Made by a program: the position numbers and the translations under genes
In this document: positions 59,000 through 64,000 of the stretch, in pieces
Position numbering within the stretch: position 1 is the first letter of the stretch
Layout of the letters: each line of letters starts with the position of its first letter
Notes under the pieces: model-generated
Databases searched by the model: none
Seen by the model: the letters and a program-made list of their open reading frames with translations, nothing else
What the model was told of the DNA's origin: nothing
Assembly (NCBI GenBank): GCA_029288805.1
Contig: JARIGO010000022.1
Span: 30,754 to 94,753 of the forward strand
DNA: 64,000 bases
Reading direction: 5' to 3'
Origin: Candidatus Nomurabacteria bacterium
Lineage (GTDB): Bacteria; Patescibacteriota; Minisyncoccia; Phycocordibacterales; UBA9973

Positions 59000-59536
59000 A
59001 TGATGAAAAAGAAAGATCTGTTGCTCGAGCAAATTCTTGGTCAGTGTTACATGGGATCCAGTACAAACTACTGGGTACCGTTGACAATCTATAACCCTGA
59101 GGCTCACTCGTACCAAACTCGTTATTTCAACGCCACGGATGTCTACCGCATGCGACAGGCGGGCATAGAGTGGCTGGTGCAAATGTGCAATCACGCTTTA
59201 GCGGAAAGATCCGAGCCATGGTGGCACCATGCATGGAACATTCGAGAACACCTTGAAGTTGACCCTGCAAAGTATATCTTTCCTGAGACGGACAAAATTG
59301 GAAGTGACGTCGAGAAAGAAAAAATTCTGCAGGCACTGTTTTGGTTTGCTAAGCAACTGTACGTTTGCAAGCGCTACAAATGGCGCCAGCCCCTCCTTTG
59401 GGAGGACATGAGAAAAGATTATCTCTCTTCAAGAAAATTTTTTGGCGCAGCTTCACCGTTCCACATACGCCTTCTGATGCTTCATATTGCCGCACAGATC
59501 GGCTACAACGAACTAGGAAATGTTGCGGGTGACTAA
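59000..59536 (+). CDS. Hypothetical protein
   Basis: 178-aa ORF with a promoter and a terminator at 59544-59574. Confidence 0.7.
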   Translation: MMKKKDLLLEQILGQCYMGSSTNYWVPLTIYNPEAHSYQTRYFNATDVYRMRQAGIEWLVQMCNHALAERSEPWWHHAWNIREHLEVDPAKYIFPETDKIGSDVEKEKILQALFWFAKQLYVCKRYKWRQPLLWEDMRKDYLSSRKFFGAASPFHIRLLMLHIAAQIGYNELGNVAGD

Positions 59537-59702
59537 ATGACCTAAGTCCTTCTTTAATACGGAGGGACTTTTTTATTTGTGAACTTGCGGCTTGCAGGAA
59601 ATAACACCCAGTTGACTACCGCTTTTACTTCCCTCTCCAAAAATCTCTTGGGAACAAAGGAGTTTTGGGAAAAAATCAGACATGATCTGGTAAACCTTAA
59701 AT

Positions 59703-60290
59703 CTATATCAAACGAAATACTGCGACAATAAACAATATCAGACCAAGAATAAACGAGGAGATGAAGGCGTAATAAATTATATTCAAAAAAAGTGCAGAGG
59801 AAGGCTTCATATTATTAGCAAACCTTTTGTTCTCCTCAATACTGTCTTCATTATACTGATCTATTTCTTCCGTAGTGAGAGTATTATCGTTCGCACTCAT
59901 TAGTATCGGCTTTATTAAGTCCAGTTGTTTCCCAAGCGACTTCATTTGTATGTCAGCGATCTTATTTAAATCCTTCCTGTCTTTTATTGGAGCATAAATA
60001 CTTAGAATAAATCCAAGTATGAACGTCAGTATAAATACATACATATCTGATCGAAGAATGATGTGGCTGAAATGTAGTGAAGACTGAAGAGCTAATGGGA
60101 TTACCACACCAACCACAACTATGCTGGCACTGATCAAAGCTAAATTTAGATTGTATTGTTTATCAGAAGTATTACGAAGTCCCTCTTGAATAAATTCAAC
60201 TTGAGAGTGATAAATGTCAGTTATTCTGTCTCTTGACCGTGAATATTCTTGCTTCGCGAGTTCCATTTGTTTTACAGAAAGTTGTGACAT
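59703..60290 (-). CDS. Hypothetical 3-TM protein (cargo downstream of tRNA-Glu)
   Basis: AT-rich ORF; TATAAT lies 6 nt before the ATG. Confidence 0.7.
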   Translation of the reverse strand: MSQLSVKQMELAKQEYSRSRDRITDIYHSQVEFIQEGLRNTSDKQYNLNLALISASIVVVGVVIPLALQSSLHFSHIILRSDMYVFILTFILGFILSIYAPIKDRKDLNKIADIQMKSLGKQLDLIKPILMSANDNTLTTEEIDQYNEDSIEENKRFANNMKPSSALFLNIIYYAFISSFILGLILFIVAVFRLI

Positions 60291-60413
60291 TAATGTATTA
60301 TATCATTTTTGAGTTCGATTCCCCGTAACGTCTTAGGTTATTTTCAGAGAAATGAATTTGAAAACGGCCTTATAAATCAATGTTTATAAGTGTTTGAGGC
60401 TGTGAGCCGCGAG

Positions 60414-60485
60414 TGACCCTACGGGGAATCGAACCCCGATTAACGGCTTGAAAAGCCGGCGTCCTAACCGTTAGACGATAGGGCC
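60414..60485 (-). tRNA. tRNA-Glu(TTC)
   Basis: GGCCCTA/TAGGGTC acceptor stem, anticodon loop TTTTCAA and GTTCGATTC T-loop; CCA not encoded. Confidence 0.95.
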
Positions 60486-60546
60486 AAATGAGCATTAGAA
60501 TAATGCCAACGTATTATAAATAAAAATAGAAAAAAGTAAACCGCGC

Positions 60547-61080
60547 TTATGCTTCCATAAGCGCGGTCTTGCAAAGTAAGGGTGCGGTCTCATACCTAAA
60601 TGAATACAATTCGGCAAATACACATCCTTGATTGCTAAAAGAGACATAATAGACTTCATCCGCACGCGGTGGGTTTAGAGGAAACACCGTGCAGATAATA
60701 GGTCGTGGAGGGATACATAATGATGATTCGTCCTTCCTTGTACCGCTAAACTCAGGCTCAATTGCCTCAATGACATCACCGGAAGCAAAAACGATAAGCT
60801 TTTTCCCAGTTTCCTTCAGGAGCTTTAGAAAATGAAGCTTGCACATTTTGGGAAAACTCCTTGGCGGTAAGTGCCCGTACGTTTCCTCAATTTGTGGAGC
60901 GTCGAGATACAGGGTCCTGTGCGGATCGTTATCGTCCTCAATCATTTCCATCAGTCGTCCGGGAATTGAAATCTTGCAGATTTCAGGTTCGATACTGCTG
61001 TTCATTGGGCTCTTACACCTGGGTAATAAGCTCTTGCCATACTCAATGAATATGATCTCTGTTTCTTTAAGAAATCGCAT
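60547..61080 (-). CDS. Hypothetical protein
   Basis: 177-aa ORF; promoter TTGACA-N17-CAAACT at 61107-61135. Confidence 0.65.
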   Translation of the reverse strand: MRFLKETEIIFIEYGKSLLPRCKSPMNSSIEPEICKISIPGRLMEMIEDDNDPHRTLYLDAPQIEETYGHLPPRSFPKMCKLHFLKLLKETGKKLIVFASGDVIEAIEPEFSGTRKDESSLCIPPRPIICTVFPLNPPRADEVYYVSFSNQGCVFAELYSFRYETAPLLCKTALMEA

Positions 61081-61162
61081 AGTTAGTAAATTAAGGTATT
61101 TCTTCCAGTTTGCCTAAAATGCATTTTTTTGTCAAACTAGTCCGGTACCACTTCCCAACCCC

Positions 61163-61236
61163 GCGCGGTTAGCTCATATGGTTAGAGCGCAGCATTGACA
61201 TTGCTGAGGTGACAGGTTCGATCCCTGTATCGCGCA
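61163..61236 (+). tRNA. tRNA-Val(GAC)
   Basis: GCGCGGT/ATCGCGC acceptor stem, CAGCA-TTGACAT-TGCTG anticodon arm and GTTCGATCC; CCA not encoded. Confidence 0.95.
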
Positions 61237-61256
61237 CAGTATTAGACTGTAATTCG

Positions 61257-61296
61257 AAAAAGTAAAAAGCCTTATAACGTAAGGCTTTTTACTTTT
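61257..61296. terminator. Bidirectional terminator after tRNA-Val
   Basis: AAAAGTAAAAAGCCTTA-TAACG-TAAGGCTTTTTACTTTT. Confidence 0.8.
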
Positions 61297-61325
61297 CAAA
61301 AAGATTAACAATTTATAAAATATGC

Positions 61326-61553
61326 CTACACCTTGTAATGGCTGGAACCCCTGCGGAACAGCCTGTCCAGGAACCTCTTCTCAACCCTGGACTGCAGCTC
61401 CTCCCGTGACAGTGGCCTGCTGAGGTACACAAGCCGGTACAGCTGCGCCAGCCTAAAGAGCTCGTCGCGCGCCTGCTCGTCGCTCAGCACCCTTCCGTAC
61501 GCCTTCTCGTACAGCCCTTGGAACGTTTTCAAATTTTCTGGTGTCATGTCCAT
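61326..61553 (-). CDS. Small GC-rich protein of a type recalled from CPR integrative elements
   Basis: MT.E.L..FQ.LY.K.YG..LS.E.A pattern; the GC jump relative to the flanks is visible, but the family association is from memory. Confidence 0.6.
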   Translation of the reverse strand: MDMTPENLKTFQGLYEKAYGRVLSDEQARDELFRLAQLYRLVYLSRPLSREELQSRVEKRFLDRLFRRGSSHYKV

Positions 61554-61658
61554 GCCCGCATGATGACACGCGGTGCCAGCCTTGGCCAGGGCTGAGTCGG
61601 CGGGCAATTTACCTTACATAACTTTATTATTACTTTAAGATACAGATGCTATGATCTA

Positions 61659-62396
61659 TTGATGAAAGAAAGTATTCCATTAATAGACCCAATTTGGTAT
61701 TCCCCCGTTGTGGTGTTAAACCATGTTACAAGACTGACAAATTCACTATCTGAAAAAGACAGGAAGAGTAAGGAGTTTAGGAAGGTTGTTGAGGCACGAG
61801 CAGCCGCAATTACGCTTTTGGGTTTGATGAAGATTAACGGTACTCAATATTGGATGCAGATTGTGGATGATAAAGAGAGAAGCCCCGACATAAGAACTAT
61901 TTCCTATGCGACGGAGCAGCCGGAAAAATTTGACAACATGGAGCAGCAAGATGTCGAGGTAGTTGAATATGAGCAACATTCAGAAGGGGCCATTCCGGAG
62001 TTCTTAGCCTCGACCAAGTTTGGGCCCGGAAAGAGTTACGACGAGCAAACCCATATTCTTTGCCACCTGGGAGAAGGGACTGTCATAAATTTACCTGATA
62101 TTACTGAGATGAAAAACCAAATGGCCATAATCAATACAAAATCACCGATAGTATTATTAGGGGCAACTTCTCAGGAAGCCACTGACTATCAAATTATTCA
62201 ATTGAATCCCGGTGTTGGTATTTTGGTTGAATTCAACGTTGAGGATGAGGAGCGCATTTTATTCGGAAGGCCCGACTATAAAGGTATCATGTATTTTAAA
62301 AGGGGCTCAAGAAAACCCAGTGTGCATGATCCTAACGATAAGCATTATCCATTTGAAAATATAGGATATGTTCCTGATAAAAATGGCAATTATTGA
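61659..62396 (+). CDS. Hypothetical protein, PD-(D/E)xK nuclease-like
   Basis: E.RAAA...SPDI...DVEVVE pattern. Confidence 0.6.
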   Translation: MMKESIPLIDPIWYSPVVVLNHVTRLTNSLSEKDRKSKEFRKVVEARAAAITLLGLMKINGTQYWMQIVDDKERSPDIRTISYATEQPEKFDNMEQQDVEVVEYEQHSEGAIPEFLASTKFGPGKSYDEQTHILCHLGEGTVINLPDITEMKNQMAIINTKSPIVLLGATSQEATDYQIIQLNPGVGILVEFNVEDEERILFGRPDYKGIMYFKRGSRKPSVHDPNDKHYPFENIGYVPDKNGNY

Positions 62397-62410
62397 TATT
62401 ATGTTCTCCC

Positions 62411-62458
62411 CCACTTATTAACAATAGAGAAGTATTGTTTATCAGAATTTCTCACAAA
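62411..62458. repeat. att-like junction repeat C (most degraded)
   Basis: 13/16 nt match to repeat B; ends CTCACAAA; antisense reads FVRNS...IVNKW. Confidence 0.5.
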
Positions 62459-62567
62459 GAAGTTCCTGACTTCGTACAATAGAGAGCACCAAGACGATAT
62501 TGACGATGTTTTTTGAAATAAAAAAGCCTGCAATATTTAAATAACAGGCTTCGGTAGTTGAATTGGT

Positions 62568-62873
62568 TTACATCTTATGTTCCCATCCAGCTTTGGTTAA
62601 TATTTCAATTATTTGATCTTCTTTTAATTCACAGACATCTTTTTGCTGTGCATCAAAGTATTTTGCTTGACCACTTGCATAAAATGACCATGCCGGCACA
62701 CCTACTATGGTTGCGGCACTCGGACTAAAACCTATGCATGCAGAAAAGGTATCTCCTGGAGAAAATCCGAGCTCTCCTTCGAAAGTCATTCTGAACATGA
62801 GTATGTTCTCAGAATTATTTTTATCCGGAAAAACCTTTAGGTCAATTATTGTCATGACATTAACTTTATTCAT
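62568..62873 (-). CDS. Hypothetical cassette protein
   Basis: Promoter TTGACT-N17-TATTAT at 62959-62987, a hairpin 5' UTR and a terminator at 62520-62551. Confidence 0.7.
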   Translation of the reverse strand: MNKVNVMTIIDLKVFPDKNNSENILMFRMTFEGELGFSPGDTFSACIGFSPSAATIVGVPAWSFYASGQAKYFDAQQKDVCELKEDQIIEILTKAGWEHKM

Positions 62874-63011
62874 CGCTATATAAGTTTAATTGTTTACCGC
62901 AAATTCCATAAGAATTTCTGGTAAACACTTAAACCATTACAAAGAACTTTACGTTAATATAATATCACGTTTTATATTAAAAGTCAATAGATCCGTATCG
63001 GTTCAATGTCC

Positions 63012-63094
63012 TTAAATACCCTATTCCACTTCAAAATAATACCTTGCACCGTGTTCCATTACTAACTCGTGACCGAACCTTTATCGCTCACAAA
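63012..63094. repeat. att-like junction repeat A
   Basis: 38/49 ungapped identity to 63620-63668; ends TATCGCTCACA versus tRNA-Val TATCGCGCACA. Confidence 0.75.
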
Positions 63095-63134
63095 TTGAAA
63101 AGGCTTCTATAAAATAGAAGCCTTTTTAAGGAAT

Positions 63135-63563
63135 TTAAACAAAATGGAGTTCTCTGGCAGTAGTAACTTGACTGTACTCAAACAAGTCGAGCGTATGGTC
63201 GTTTAGTCGAACAGAATGGTGGAACCAAAAATTTATTCCTTTCTGAACTTCGTGGCCAGTAACCTCACAATATGCAGGGTACTGAATTGCATTAATAAAG
63301 TTTTCGATAGTCTCTTTAATGGTCGTACCACGTATCTTATCTTCAAGGGTTTTTCCATTAACATCCTTGAAGACAATGTAGCCCTCGCCAACAACGTTTA
63401 TGTAATATCCATCACCAGTAGTGGAAACGCACAATATGTTGTGGTCTTTTAAATGATAGTAACCACTTTTCCCATACGTAAATTTAAAAATTTCTTGCAT
63501 GCCTTTTAGGTATGCAAGCGGCTCCTTTTCTGTTGGAAGCAGTATTTGTTTTCTATAGTCCAT
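63135..63563 (-). CDS. Hypothetical cassette protein
   Basis: Promoter TTGACT-N16-CAATAT at 63582-63609 and a terminator at 63098-63127. Confidence 0.7.
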   Translation of the reverse strand: MDYRKQILLPTEKEPLAYLKGMQEIFKFTYGKSGYYHLKDHNILCVSTTGDGYYINVVGEGYIVFKDVNGKTLEDKIRGTTIKETIENFINAIQYPAYCEVTGHEVQKGINFWFHHSVRLNDHTLDLFEYSQVTTARELHFV

Positions 63564-63619
63564 TTTTTTAAAGTTTTACTCATATTGCCTTATGCAGAGA
63601 ATAAGTCAACCCTCTTTGT

Positions 63620-63690
63620 TTAAAGACCTTATTCCATTTGATAACAATATTCTGCACGGTGTCCCATTCCAGGCCGCTAACGCGCACAAA
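63620..63690. repeat. att-like junction repeat B
   Basis: Ends CGCGCACA, identical to the tRNA-Val 3' end (61231-61238); antisense reads FVRVSGLEWDTVQNIVIKWNKVFK. Confidence 0.75.
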
Positions 63691-63752
63691 TTTGACATTT
63701 CTTCCACGTAAGGTAAGGTAAAGAAAATTCAAACTTTAAAAAAATACTCATT

Positions 63753-64000
63753 ATGGACCTTAAAGAAAAAACCATAAAAGACTGGCGAGAAGAGTACTTG
63801 AATGACTTCCTTCCTTCAAAGAAAAGAATGCTCCAACAAATTAACCTTCAGGAAGTGGAAATAATGACAGGGCTCATTAAGGCTATTAAAGAAGCCATCC
63901 CTGCAGGAAAATGGAAAACATATTTTGACGAACATCTTGATTACTCACTTCCGTGGGAAAGAACGGTTATTTCAAACAGCGAAGGTGCTAAGGGTCATCT
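63753..64000 (+). CDS. Hypothetical protein (runs off the window)
   Basis: MDLKEKTIKDWREEYLNDF... open to the window end; promoter TTGACA-N16-TAAGGT at 63692-63719. Confidence 0.7.
   Translation, partial: MDLKEKTIKDWREEYLNDFLPSKKRMLQQINLQEVEIMTGLIKAIKEAIPAGKWKTYFDEHLDYSLPWERTVISNSEGAKGH

Noticed and set aside
62411-63690. Junction repeats as CRISPR repeats or classical integron attC sites
   Set aside because: The spacing (about 610 bp) is far too long for CRISPR. The repeats are not palindromic, lack RYYYAAC/GTTRRRY ends, and no intI is present.
1-64000. Alternative genetic code (UGA=Gly)
   Set aside because: Conserved genes are uninterrupted under code 11 and TGA terminates lysS.

Overview
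The window is a gene-dense chromosome segment, most likely from a Patescibacteria/CPR (Parcubacteria-like) bacterium. That assignment is inferred from the short AspRS, AlaRS and L13, the degenerate PriA and HolB, the PaaX-like regulator and the near-absence of Shine-Dalgarno motifs. The genetic code is standard, with TGA used as a stop. Core genes are murG-ftsW-mraY-scpBA-aspS, trpS/dnaB-recR, rplU, cysS, lysS, dnaJ-dnaK-grpE, the infA-rpmJ-rpsMKD-rpoA-rplQM-rpsI block, alaS, mnmA, mltG, rseP, frr, mreB/priA, rpsU-ybeY-ftsA-ftsZ, trxB and folD-glyA, followed by tRNA-Glu(TTC) and tRNA-Val(GAC). Five patterns stand out. (1) Downstream of tRNA-Val, single-gene cassettes are separated by three diverged repeats that end in the tRNA 3'-end core and encode a conserved short peptide tail on the antisense strand, and a similar site lies beyond tRNA-Glu. 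This suggests a recombinase-less, tRNA-anchored cassette array. (2) Core genes carry a -10 box 6-9 nt before the ATG, which points to leaderless mRNAs, whereas orphan genes come as self-contained TTGAC-N16/17-(-10), AT-rich leader, ORF and terminator units wedged between core genes. (3) A REP-like palindrome occurs twice between genes and once in-frame inside holB. (4) Several micro-ORFs and a candidate sRNA are missing from the ORF track. (5) Two operator-like palindromes lie between dnaK and a divergent PaaX-like regulator. All calls come from reading the sequence by eye, and no database searches were run.
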